Assembly (NCBI RefSeq): GCF_018350175.1
Contig: NC_058368.1
Span: 104,410,001 to 104,474,000 of the forward strand
From: Felis catus
Lineage: Eukaryota
Direction of reading: 5' to 3'
Length of the DNA: 64,000 nt
The notes under the pieces are model-generated. The model worked only from the letters and a program-made list of their open reading frames with translations. It did no database searches and was not told the origin of the DNA. How positions within the stretch are numbered: position 1 is the first letter of the stretch; every line of letters begins with the position of its first letter. Shown here piece by piece: positions 12,649-23,650 of this stretch. The position numbers and the translations under genes were made by a program.

Positions 12649-14293
12649 TCTTCCAATCCATGAGCACGGAACGTTTTTCCATTTCTTTGTATCTTCTTCA
12701 TTGCCCTTCATAAGCTTTCTATAGTTTTCATCATACAGATCATTGACATCTTTGGTTAGGTTTATTCCTAGGTATTTTATGCTTCTTGGTGCAATTGTGA
12801 ATGGGATCCGTTTCTTTATTTGTCTTTCTGTTGCTTCATTATTAGTGTATGAGAATGCAACTGATTTCTGTACATTGATTTTGTATCCTGCGACTTTGCT
12901 GAATTCATGTGTCAGTTCTAGCAGACTTTTGGTGGAGTCTATCGGGTTTTCCATGCATAATATCATGTCATCTACAAAAAGTGAAAGCTTGACTTCATCT
13001 TTGCCAATTTTGATGCCTTTGATTTCCTTTTGTTGTCTGATTGCTGATGCTAGCACTTCCAACACTATGTTAAACAACAGCGGTGAGAGTGGACATCCCT
13101 GTCGTGTTCCTGATCTCAGGGGGAAAGCTCTCAGTTTTTCCCCATTGAGGATGATATTAGCTGTGGGCTTTTCATAAATGGCTTTTATGATGTTTAAGTA
13201 TGTTCCTTCTATCCCGACTTTCTAAGGGTTTTTATTAAGAAAGGATGCTGAATTTTGTCATATGCCTTTTCTGCATCGATTGACAGGATCATATGGTTCT
13301 TTTCTTTTATTAATGTGATGTATCACATTGATTGATTTGCAAATGTTCAAACACCCCTGCAGCCCAGGAATGAATCCCACTTGATCATGGTGAATAATTC
13401 TTTTTATATGCTGTTGAATTCGATTTGCTAGTATCTTACTGAGAATTTTTGCATCCATATGCATTAGGGATATTGCCTGTAGTTCTCTTTTTTTGCTGGG
13501 TCTCTGTCTGGTTTAGGAATCAAAGTAATGCTGGCTTCATAGAATGAGTCTGGAAGTTTTCCTTCCCTTTCTATTTTTTGGAACAGCTTGAGAAGGGTAG
13601 GTATTATCTCTGCTTTAAATGTCTGGTGGAATTCCCCAGGGAATTCATCTGGTCCTGGACTCTTGTTTGTTGGGAGATCTTTGGTAACTGATTCAATTCC
13701 TTTGCTGGTTATGAGTCTGTTCAAGTTTTCTATTTCTTCCTGTTTGAGTTTTGGAAGTGTGTGGAATTTGTCCATTTCTTCCAGGTTGTCCAGTTTGTTG
13801 GCATATAATTTTTCATAGTATTCCCTGATAATTGCTTGTATATCTGAGGGATTGGTTGTAATAATTCCATTTTCATTCATGATTTTACCTATTTAGGTCA
13901 TCTCCCGTTTCTTTTTGAGAAGCCTGGCTAGAGGTTTATCAATTTTGTTTATTTTTTCAAAAAACCAACTCTTGGTTTCATTGATCTGCTCTACAGTTTT
14001 TTTAGATTCTATATTGTTTATTTCTGCTCTGATCTTTATTATTTCTCTTCTTCTGCTGGGTGTGGGGTTTCTTTGCTGTTCTGCTTCTATTTCCTTTAGG
14101 TTGCTATTAGATTTTGTATTTGGGATTTTTCTTGTTTCCTGAGATAAGCTTGGATTGCAATGTATTTTCCTCTCAGGACTGCCTTTGCTGCATCCCAAAA
14201 CATTTGGATTGTTGTATTTTCATCTTCATTTGTTTCCATATATTTTTAAATTTCTTCTCTAATTGCCTGGTTGACCCATTCATTCTTTAGTAG
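12649..14293 (-). mobile_element. Felid LINE-1, inverted 5' segment (broken ORF2 from the end of the endonuclease through the reverse transcriptase)
   Basis: Minus-strand ORFs 13893-14198, 13464-13880, 13258-13464 and 12643-13077 give L1 ORF2 peptides ([43 protein letters not shown]); frameshifted. Confidence 0.96.
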
Positions 14294-16171
14294 GGAAGAA
14301 TAAATATTGTTAAAATGTCAATACTACCCAAAGCTATCTACACATTCAATGCAATCCCATTCAAAATTGCACCAGCATTTTTCTCAAAGCTAGAACAAGC
14401 AATCCTAAAATTTGTATGGAACTGCAAAAGACCCCGAACAGCCAAGTAATTTTGAAGAAGACCACCAAAGCGGGAGGCATCACAATCCCACACTTTAGTC
14501 TCTACTACAAAGCTGTAATCATCAAGACAGCATAGTATTGGCACAAAAACAGACACATAGACCAATGGAATAGAATAGAAACCCCAGAATTAGGCCCATA
14601 AAAGTATGGCCAACTAATCTTTGACAAAGCAGGAAAGAATATCCAATGGAAAACAGTCTCTTTAACAAATGGTGCTGGGAGAAGTGGACAGCAACATGCA
14701 GAAGAATGAAACTAGACCACTTTCTTACACCATTCACAAAAATAAACTCAAAATGGATGAAGGACCTGAATGTGAGACAGGAAACCATCAAAACCCTAGC
14801 GGACAAAGCAGGAAAAAACCTCTCTGACCTCAGCCACAGCAATTTCTTACTTGACACATCCCCAAAGGCAATTAAAAGCAAAGGAATTAGGGGTGCCTGG
14901 GTGGCGCAGTCGGTTAAGCCTCCGACTTCAGCCAGGTCACAATCTCGCGGTCCGTGAGTTCGAGCCCCGCGTCAGGCTCTGGGCTGATGGCTCGGAGCCT
15001 GGAGCCTGTTTCCGATTTTGTGTCTCCCTCTCTCTCTGCCCCTCCCCCGTTCATGCTCTGTCTCTCTCTGTCCCAAAAATAAAAAAATAAAAAAAGTTGA
15101 AAAAAATAAAAGCAAAGGAATTAAAAGCAAAAATGAACTATTGGGACCTCATGAAGATAAAAAGCTTCTGCATTGCAAAGGAAACAATCAACAAAACTAA
15201 AAGGCAACCAATGGAATGGGAAAAGATATTTGCAAATGACATAGCAGACAAAGGGCTTGTGTCCAAAATCTGTAAAGAACTCACCAAATTCCATACCTGA
15301 AAAACAATCCAGTGAAGAAATGGGCAGAAAACATGAATAGACACTTCTCTAAAGAAGACATCTGGATGGCCAACAGGCACATGAAAAGATGCTTAACGTC
15401 CCTCCTCATCAGGGAAATACAAATCAAAACCACACTCAGATATTACCTCACGCCAGTCAAGTGGCCAAAATTAACAAATCGGGAGACTATAGATGCTGGT
15501 GAGGATGTGGAGAAACGGGAACCCTCTTGCACTGTTGGTGGGAATGCAAACTGGTGCAGGTACTCTGGAAAACAGTGTGGAGGTTCCTCAAAAAATTAAA
15601 AATAGACCTACCCTATGACCCAGCAATAGCACTGCTAGGAATTTACCCAAGGGATACAGGAGTGCTGATGCAAAGGGGCACTTGTACACCAATGTTGATA
15701 ACAGCACTTTCAACAATATCCAATTTATGGAAAGAGCCTAAATGTCCATCAGCTGATGAATGGATAAAGAAATTGTGGTTTATATACACAATGGAATACT
15801 ACGTGGCAATGAGAAAGAATGAAATATGGCCTTTTGTAGCAACGTGGATGGAACTGGAGAGTGTGATGCTAAGTGAAATAAGTCATACAGAGAAAGATAC
15901 CATATGTTTTCACTCCTATGTGGATCCTGAGAAACTTAACAGACAACCATGGGGGAGGGGAAGGGAAAAAAAAAGGTTAGGGAGGGAGTCAAAACATAAC
16001 AGACTCTTAAAAACTGAGAATAAACTGAGGGTTGATGGGGGGTGGGAGGGAGTGGAGGGTGGGTGAGGTGTATTGAGGAGGGCACTTGTTGGGATGAGCA
16101 CTGGGTGTTGTATGGAAATCAATTTGACAATAAATTTCATATTCAAATAAATAAATTTAATTAATTAAAAA
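14294..16171 (+). mobile_element. Felid LINE-1, sense 3' segment (ORF2 C-terminus, 3' UTR, poly-A)
   Basis: ORF2 peptides [31 protein letters not shown]-rich 3' UTR, aataaa and A tail; element TSD aaaacttgatcatgt 12634-12648 / aaaacctgatcatgt 16172-16186. Confidence 0.96.
14890..15106 (+). mobile_element. Young feline CAN-SINE nested in L1 ORF2
   Basis: 17 bp TSD taaaagcaaaggaatta 14873-14889 / 15107-15123. Confidence 0.96.
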
Positions 16172-16339
16172 AAAACCTGATCATGTGTTTCTTGGCCATA
16201 GTGTTTTGTCTTTCTGATTTGTTTACTCATGTTCCCCCAATCTTTGATTTTGTTTTTGCCTTTCTCTTAGTGAATTCTCTATATATCTTCAAAATATTAA
16301 CTCTTTGTTATTTGTATTTAAATTAAAAAAAAAAATCCC

Positions 16340-16537
16340 GGGATGCCTGGTGGCTCAGTCAGTTAAGAGTTCAACTCTTGATTTTGGCTCAGGTCATGAT
16401 CTTACTGTTGTGAGATCGAGCCCTGTGTCGGGCTCCACATTGGGCATGGAGCCTACTTAAGATTCTCTCTCTCTCTCCCTCTCCTTCTTCCTCTTCCCTG
16501 CTTGTGCACGCTCTCTTTCTTTAAAAAAAAAAAAAAA
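16340..16537 (+). mobile_element. Older CAN-SINE
   Basis: SINE body; flanked on both sides by aaaaaaaaaaatcc. Confidence 0.9.
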
Positions 16538-16591
16538 ATCCTATCATTTGTCTTCTAGTTTTGTTTATAGTCTGTTTGACAAAAATTTTTA

Positions 16592-16805
16592 AATTTTTTT
16601 TTCAACGTTTATTTATTTTTGGGACAGAGAGAGACAGAGCATGAACGGGCGAGGGGCAGAGAGAAAGGGAGACACAGAAACGGAAACAGGCTCCAGGCTC
16701 TGAGCCATCAGCCCAGAGCCTGACGCGGGGCTCGAACTCACGGACCGCAAGATCGTGACCTGGCTGAAGTCGGACGCTCAACCGACTGCGCCACCCAGGC
16801 GCCCC
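16592..16805 (-). mobile_element. Young feline CAN-SINE (SINEC_Fc-like)
   Basis: Perfect TSD tgacaaaaattttta 16577-16591 / 16806-16820. Confidence 0.96.
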
Positions 16806-16909
16806 TGACAAAAATTTTTAGATATTCTTCTCTGTGATATCCTTTATTATTCCTCTACTGAGAAAAATCTTCATTCCAAGAGCAGATTAAAATTTATCCT
16901 AGATTTTTT

Positions 16910-17033
16910 CTTTAAGTAGACTACACATCCAGCATAGAGCCCAACAACAGGCTTGTGCTTATGACCCTGAGATCAAGACCTGAGCTGAGATCAAGAGTCA
17001 GATGCTCAACAGACTTAGCCACTCAAGTGCCCC
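16910..17033 (-). mobile_element. Short, old CAN-SINE
   Basis: tRNA-like head reversed (gagatcaagagtcagatgctcaacagacttagccac); lacks CT linker. Confidence 0.75.
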
Positions 17034-17363
17034 TCATTGTAGATTTTCTGTGACTTTTATAATTTCATGAATTCTTCAATACATTTAAATTTTATTTTGG
17101 TGTATGGTGTGATGTCAAAAGCCAGCTTTCATTTTCTCCAAATTGTTTATCAACTGGTTCAATCTTATTTATTGGTAACTTCTTCATGTGTATGCCACTG
17201 TTCTCAACAGTAAATCCCTATTCATCGTAGAATCTCTCCCTAGGCACTGCTTCATTAATCTATATTTGGAAAACATCACATTTCAAAGTTATGATAGCTT
17301 TATAATTCATTTCAGTAACTGTTAGACAAAGATCTCTTGTCTTCCACATTTTGTTGATCATTT

Positions 17364-17493
17364 TTTTTTTAAAATTTTTTTTTCCAGTATATGAAATTTA
17401 TTGTCAAATTGCTTTCCATACAACACCCAGTGCTCATCCCAAAAGGTGCCCTCCTCAATACCCATCACCCACCCTCCCTCCCTCCCACCCCCC
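17364..17493 (-). mobile_element. Severely 5'-truncated felid L1 (3' UTR tip only)
   Basis: Reverse complement of the L1 3' end seen at ~16035-16170; TSD cattttgttgatcattt 17347-17363 / catcttgttgatcattt 17494-17510. Confidence 0.9.
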
Positions 17494-17609
17494 CATCTTG
17501 TTGATCATTTCTATTTATTCTTCCTGGGTTATTGTTGTTTTCTTGTTTTCTCTTTGTTTTTTGTTTTTTTCTTAACCTTGAGTCACCATTTTAAAGTTGA
17601 GATTTTCTT

Positions 17610-17831
17610 TTAAAAAAATTTTTTTTTTCAACATTTATTTATTTTTGGGACAGAGAGAGACAGAGCATGAACGGGGGAGGGGCAGAGAGAGAGGGAGACA
17701 CAGAATCGGAAACAGGCTCCAGACTCCGAGCCATCAGCCCAGAGCCCGACGCAGGGCTCGAACTCCCGGACCGCGAGATCGTGACCTGGCTGAAGTCGGA
17801 CGCTTAACTGACTGCGCCACCCAGGCGCCCC
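17610..17831 (-). mobile_element. Young feline CAN-SINE (SINEC_Fc-like)
   Basis: TSD tgagattttctt 17598-17609 / 17832-17843. Confidence 0.96.
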
Positions 17832-18835
17832 TGAGATTTTCTTAAAAATGTGTTTCACCTGAAGAATAACATAGAAAAGAACTACATTTTGAAAATATTT
17901 AGTCTTCCTATCTAGCTACATAGCCTTTATTAGAGTTTGCTTTTATTTCTCTCAGCAAATAGTTCAGTTTTCCAAGTACTCATTTATTATTATTGAATAT
18001 TTTACATCTTAGTAAATGGGATCTTTTCCATTATATTTTACACACACTTATTGCTCATTGACAGAAAAGCTATTGATTTTGGTTTATTTTGTAGATAGGG
18101 GTTTTTTTTTAATTAAATTTTTATTCATTATATTTTGATTGATTCTCTTGTTTTTAGGTAAACAGAAACATCACCTATAAATGATGATCTTTTTCCTTCT
18201 TTCCACAGATTTCTGTTTCCTGGATGGGCTGTAGCTTCCAGCAGAATACTGAGTGATCACTTTGTGAAGGGAGTCTTGGTCCTGATCCTCATGAGGTATT
18301 AGTTTATTGTCCTTACCAGTTTACTAGTTAGTGTGCTCTGAGCTGTTATTCTGGTCTCAATGTTCTTGATCATATTAAGATATATGTTAGTTTCAGAAAT
18401 GGTCTTGTGTACTTATCCTGAATTTTCAGCTTTTTTTTTTTAAAGTGCAATTTTTTTTAAATTTCTAAAAGCCCGTTGCTTTTGTATTCTGTATTTTGTT
18501 TTTCGTGATCAAATTCTTCATATTCCATTTATTCTATGTCCCTAGTCTCTTCTGATTTACTCTATTTATTACTACTTTTAAAATAATTTACCTTTGAATC
18601 CAAAAAGTGTCTCATGACTGGATGGTACAGACAAGGAGAGGAAAGATCAAGGGTACCAAATAATCTTCGGGTCAAACATCAAATGTGACAGGTTTTTTAA
18701 AAATGCCACTTGTTCACTTGAAAAGAAATTGATTGATGACTGGCACACAGAGGAGAAAAGCTGGTAACTACCACTTTGGCTGACTTTTATGTGCAAGATA
18801 CAATTAAATTAAAGAGAAATGATCACAAAAGCCCA

Positions 18836-18836
<1 letters not shown>

Positions 18837-18880
<44 letters not shown>
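18837..18880. repeat. (CA)22 microsatellite
   Basis: Perfect CA run. Confidence 0.97.
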
Positions 18881-18882
<2 letters not shown>

Positions 18883-18889
18883 AATGGAG

Positions 18890-19724
18890 TTATTTCAAAA
18901 AGACAGAGGATCAAAGTGTAAGAGCTCCACTGACTACAGGTGGAAAATAAAAAAAAAAGTAGTATTGCACCATGAGCCCAAGTACGAAATCGGAGTCCAT
19001 ACTTCTACAAATAAGTGACTGAATAAATAAATCAAGGGAGGGGGAGGGAGAAGAGACCTATCTCCTGTGCAGAAGAAATCTGAATAAGTTATGTACATGC
19101 TCAGACTCAAGGAGGTGGAACATAACTCCCCGTTCCTCAAGTGTCGCTGGGCATGGTGACTTCGTTCCAGAGGATGCTGTATGGAAGAGAGGGAAGAAGA
19201 GCAACTTCAGGGTGGAGAAACCTGGTACACGCCATCACCTCAGTCAGGTGATCACGGTCAACATCAACCCGGAAAAGTCATGTTGATAACATGTGGCCTT
19301 CATGTGTGATGACACTGGCCCTTGACTTGCATTGTCTTCCTCTCCCAAACTCAGAACCCTAGATGCATCCTCATGGAGGGACATTCTACAAAATACTGAC
19401 TTGTGGTTGTCAAAGTCAAGGCATACGTGTGAGGAACTGTCACAACCAAGAGGAGCCTAAGGAGACATGACAACTGACTGTCGGAACACAAAAAGCATAT
19501 TACGTAAAATTCCATAAAAACTAAGGAAATGTGAATGAAGCATAATCTTGAGTTACTAAGAATGCATCAGTATTGGTTCATTAGTTGTAACAAAGATACT
19601 ATACTAATTTAAGGTGTTAGTGATAGAGGAAACTGGGTGGGAGGTATATGAGAACTTTTTTTTTTTTTACTATCTGCAGTTTTTCTGTAAATACAAAACT
19701 GTTCTAAAAAATAAAGTTTATTTA
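18890..19724 (+). mobile_element. Ancient L1MC-like 3' UTR
   Basis: ctcaaggaggtggaacataactcccc..., ggagaaacctgg..., cacaaccaagaggagcctaaggagacatgacaact..., ending ctgttctaaaaaataaagttt. Confidence 0.82.
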
Positions 19725-19937
19725 CTTATTAAAATTTTTTAAACATTTATTTATTATTGAGAGACAGAGCTTGAACAGGGGAGGGGGCAGAGAGAGAGGG
19801 AGACACAGAATCAGAAGCAGGCTCCAGGCTCTGAGCCGTCAGCACAGAGCCCGACCCTGTGCTCGAACTCACAAACTGCAAGATCGTGACCTGGGCCGAA
19901 GTCGGCCGCTTAACTGACTGAGCCACCCAGGGGCCCC
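19725..19937 (-). mobile_element. CAN-SINE (SINEC_Fc2-like)
   Basis: TSD aataaagtttattta / aataaagttgactta. Confidence 0.92.
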
Positions 19938-20359
19938 AATAAAGTTGACTTAAGAAATAATCACACCTTAATTCCTTGGTGTTCTTAAAGCTGTGATTAC
20001 CACACACCATGGTGGAACACAACTGTAACTCATGAACGGCTAGCCCTGGTTGGCATTCCAACCAGCATCGCATCTGGGACTGATTACCAATGTACCTTTG
20101 TCTCCTAGGTGATTGCTTGGTTATAGTTCCATAGAGGGTACTCAGTTAAATTCTAAAAGCTCCTCTGAGAAAACAGCAAGAACAAATGGACATAATTTGC
20201 AGTCGGAAGGGGTTGAGTTAGAGTTCTGGTGTGCTGTGAAGTCAAGCTATGTGATGTTCCTAGCTAGGTATCTTTTAAAGGGTGAGTTGACGATAGGTCA
20301 GTTTGGGTAGCCTGGCTTTAGCACGTCTTTGAGTAAATCAGGCAAGAAAATGAACTGTC

Positions 20360-20490
20360 GGGTGCCTGGGTGGTTCTCTTGGTTAAGCATCTGACTCTTG
20401 ATTTTGGCTCAGGTCATGATCTCACAGTGGGATCATGTGGCATCCAGACTCGCGTTGGGCTCTGCCCTGATAGCGTGGAGCCTGCTTGGG

Positions 20491-20537
<47 letters not shown>

Positions 20538-20607
20538 CTGCCCCTCCCCCCCTTGTGTGCACATGCTCACACACTCACTCTCTCCCTTAAAATAAATAAA
20601 CAGAAAA
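20360..20607 (+). mobile_element. Older CAN-SINE with expanded (TC)n linker
   Basis: SINE head; ~40 bp pure TC run at ~20493-20533; A tail. Confidence 0.9.
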
Positions 20608-21252
20608 AACGAATTGGTACAGTTTCCAGGAGGCCCTAAGAGTTTTTGTATCTTAAGCCGAAAATTTCCATAAACTAAAAGTTGGTCTAAGTGGTTCCAA
20701 TCACATAGAAATTGTTCTTCAAATTGTCTCCAGTCTCTGCCATTCTCTCCATCAACACATGATTTATTAATTTTGTTTCAGAGACTTGAGTTCAGGCTGC
20801 ATAAATCATGAATAAAGATTAGTTTAACAGTCACAATGCCCCCTGGGACAATGTTTCAAGTGAAGAAAACTCAAAATTGTCGCAGTGTGAAAATAATATG
20901 ACAGTTGTATCAATATTTGCAAACTGAAGTGATATTCAGTACCCTTACAGAGGCGGGGAATAAATTCTATTCCTTCTCACTTTATGCAAACTCCAGAACT
21001 TTCTTTTTTAATTTTTTATCAATATTTTCCCCTTTGAGAATGTTTTGACAACAAGTCTCCGTTCACCCTGATCTGCCTCCAGCTGTTAAGCAAATCACAC
21101 ACTGACCTCTTGCTACTGCCTTGATGACTTAAATACTTTAGAGAAACAATATATTACCTGGCCCCCAAGCCATTCACAGTAATGACAGTTTGCCATCTTT
21201 ATGCATTCAAAAACGAGAGAACTGTCTGTTAGTGTGGCAAATACCATGGTTT

Positions 21253-21472
21253 AAAATTTTTTTTTCAACGTTTATTATTTATTTTTGGGACAGAGAGAGA
21301 CAGAGCATGAACGGTAGAGGGGCAGAGAGAGAGAGGGAGACACAGAATCGGAAACAGGCTCCAGGCTCTGAGCCATCAGCCCAGAGCCCGACGCGGGGCT
21401 CGAACTCACGGACCGCGAGATCGTGACCTGGCTGAAGTAGGACGCTTAACCGACTGCGCCACCCAGGCACCC
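21253..21472 (-). mobile_element. Young feline CAN-SINE (SINEC_Fc-like)
   Basis: TSD aataccatggttt 21240-21252 / 21474-21486. Confidence 0.96.
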
Positions 21473-22949
21473 TAATACCATGGTTTTAATATTCACAAGT
21501 GTATCACCTTGTTTCCACTAGCTTATTCTACTTGACTTTTTAATCTTCATGAAACTCTAGTTGTTCATGTACTTAGATATGTAACTGTGATTCAGAAAAA
21601 ATGACCAGGTAATAAATACTCTGGTTAGAAGCTAAATACTCACTGGAATGAGTTAAAAGTGGCTAGTTTTAAGGAGAAATGAGTCATTATTCAGGCAACT
21701 TAATTTTCTCTGACTTATTCTCAGGTAGCTGATGGTGTGGTGAGGACCGACAATAAGATCACAGGGTAGAGGCTATCCTAGCTATGACTTAGAAGATCAC
21801 ACGACAGCAAGATCACATAGCTATTCTAGCAATGACTTCATACAGTTAATGGAATCTCTTGCTTTAAACATTTATTCCAAATGTCTGAATCCTGGGTGTG
21901 CTAGATGAAGAAAAGAGAGGAACAGAGTACGTACAAGGGAGCAAACCACAGTCTGTTAGACGAACTTCTCTCTCCACTTCCCGAATGATAGATATTTTGA
22001 TGGAGAGCTTTCAACACGCTCTCTTGGTCAGCAATGAGGGGCACTGATTTATATACAGGCAGGGTCTGCACAGAGGGCTGTCAAAATAAAACTGTAGCGA
22101 ATCATTAGAAGGCTGAATTCAATATGTTAAATCCCTAATCAGGCCAAAACCCAGACTCCGACATCTGTCTCGGGGAGGGGACCACCACGAGGCTGATGAA
22201 AGAGGGTTCGTGGAAAGGTCAGGAAAAAAATGCCAACAGTTACACTTACTATTATAAAAGAGTGTAGTACTCTTTGTGGTAAGCAATACAATTTGTTCCC
22301 TTTTTGTCCTATGTTGTCCCCTATTCATTTGACTAACTATGTTATCAAATCAATTTCATTAGCTAGTATGGGGGAATGAACAAAACCTGATTAAAATTCA
22401 AATTATAATCCCATCATGATGTAGTCTGCCCTGGCATTCTCCGAATCTAATAAGAAATTATGCCTCATCAGACATACATAATTTGGCTTGAAGTGGTATT
22501 AGTGGGAGGCCAAATTTATAGTCACAATAAAGTTGTCCGTGCTGGATATTTTCATTTCATAGCGCAAGATGCATTGGGTAACCTAGGTCCCCAGGCAATC
22601 ATCTCATCATTCGGCCTCACTCTGGGTGGAGCTTGTTTATATCCTATAATTACACCATTAACAGCCACTGCTAAATATAAACACAAGGATGGATATGAAT
22701 GATTGCTTCACAACTGCGGTGGTGTCACCACACAATTACATTGACAGGCTCACTAGTGACAGCCCTGGAACTACCACGGTTACTCCTCCGCAGTGTAAAC
22801 AAACAGCCATCTGAACACTTAACAGGAATACGCATTGTGTTTCTTTGTCCAATGAAACAGAGGTGCCAGCATCACATGAAGAAGTGAGGACGGGTCTATG
22901 CCGTGAGCCTAGTAGTTCTGCTACACATGTTAAGAGCCCAGGGGTGGAA

Positions 22950-23164
22950 GGGGTGCCTGGGTGACTCAGACGGTTAAGTGAGCAACTCTTGGTTTTGGCT
23001 CAAGTCATGACCTCACAACCATGAGATGGAGCCCCGTGTCGGGCTCAGTATGGAGCACAGAGACTGCTTGGGATTCTCTCTCTCTGCCCCTTCCCTGCTC
23101 ATTCTCTCTTCCTCTGTCTTTCAAAATGGATAAACTTAAAAAAAAGGAAAAAAAAGGAAAAAAA
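22950..23164 (+). mobile_element. Older CAN-SINE
   Basis: TSD aagagcccaggggtgga / aaggacccaggggtgga. Confidence 0.92.
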
Positions 23165-23487
23165 AAGGACCCAGGGGTGGAGGTTCTGGACACACCGCCA
23201 ACATCTTAAGAATTCATGTCACAGGAGCCTCGCCATATGCATCTGCTGGTTGGTTCTGAAATCCACTTAACTGGCTGTGTCCCTGGGGGTTAGTCATTTC
23301 ACGTCCACGGACCTTAACTTCTTCATGTGGCAAAGGAGAGTATCAGGGCCATGTGTTTACGTACATATAAGCATGCTTTCAGTAACAGCAACAAGAAAAC
23401 TAAATATGAACTTGTGATTCTGTAATTTATTACTGAATCCATTTTGTTGTTATTTTTTTTTAATAACAAAAGATTTCCTTTCTGTCC

Positions 23488-23650
23488 GTGTGACTGTGGG
23501 CAGGTTTGTTGTTCTCTGAGCTTTAATTTTCTTATATACAAATTAAGATAATCACAGCACCTATCATGGTTTATAGACTATTGTGAGAATTACCCAGAAA
23601 ACGTATGTAACATTTAGTCCAGTGCGTGGCACAGAGTAGGGACCTGATAG
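23488..23650 (+). mobile_element. MIR
   Basis: tgtgactgtgggcagg...ctctgagctttaatttt...ttgtgagaatta...gtggcacagagtagg. Confidence 0.7.

Noticed and set aside
12643..16066. ORFs with real protein homology (reverse transcriptase, ORF2 C-terminus)
   Set aside because: Fragments of one dead L1 ORF2, frameshifted, inverted and SINE-interrupted; not a host gene or a novel RT system
18776..19018. His-Thr repeat ORF (also 57509-57746) and poly-Pro/Gly ORFs (e.g. 61985-62380)
   Set aside because: Products of (CA)n microsatellites and G/C homopolymers
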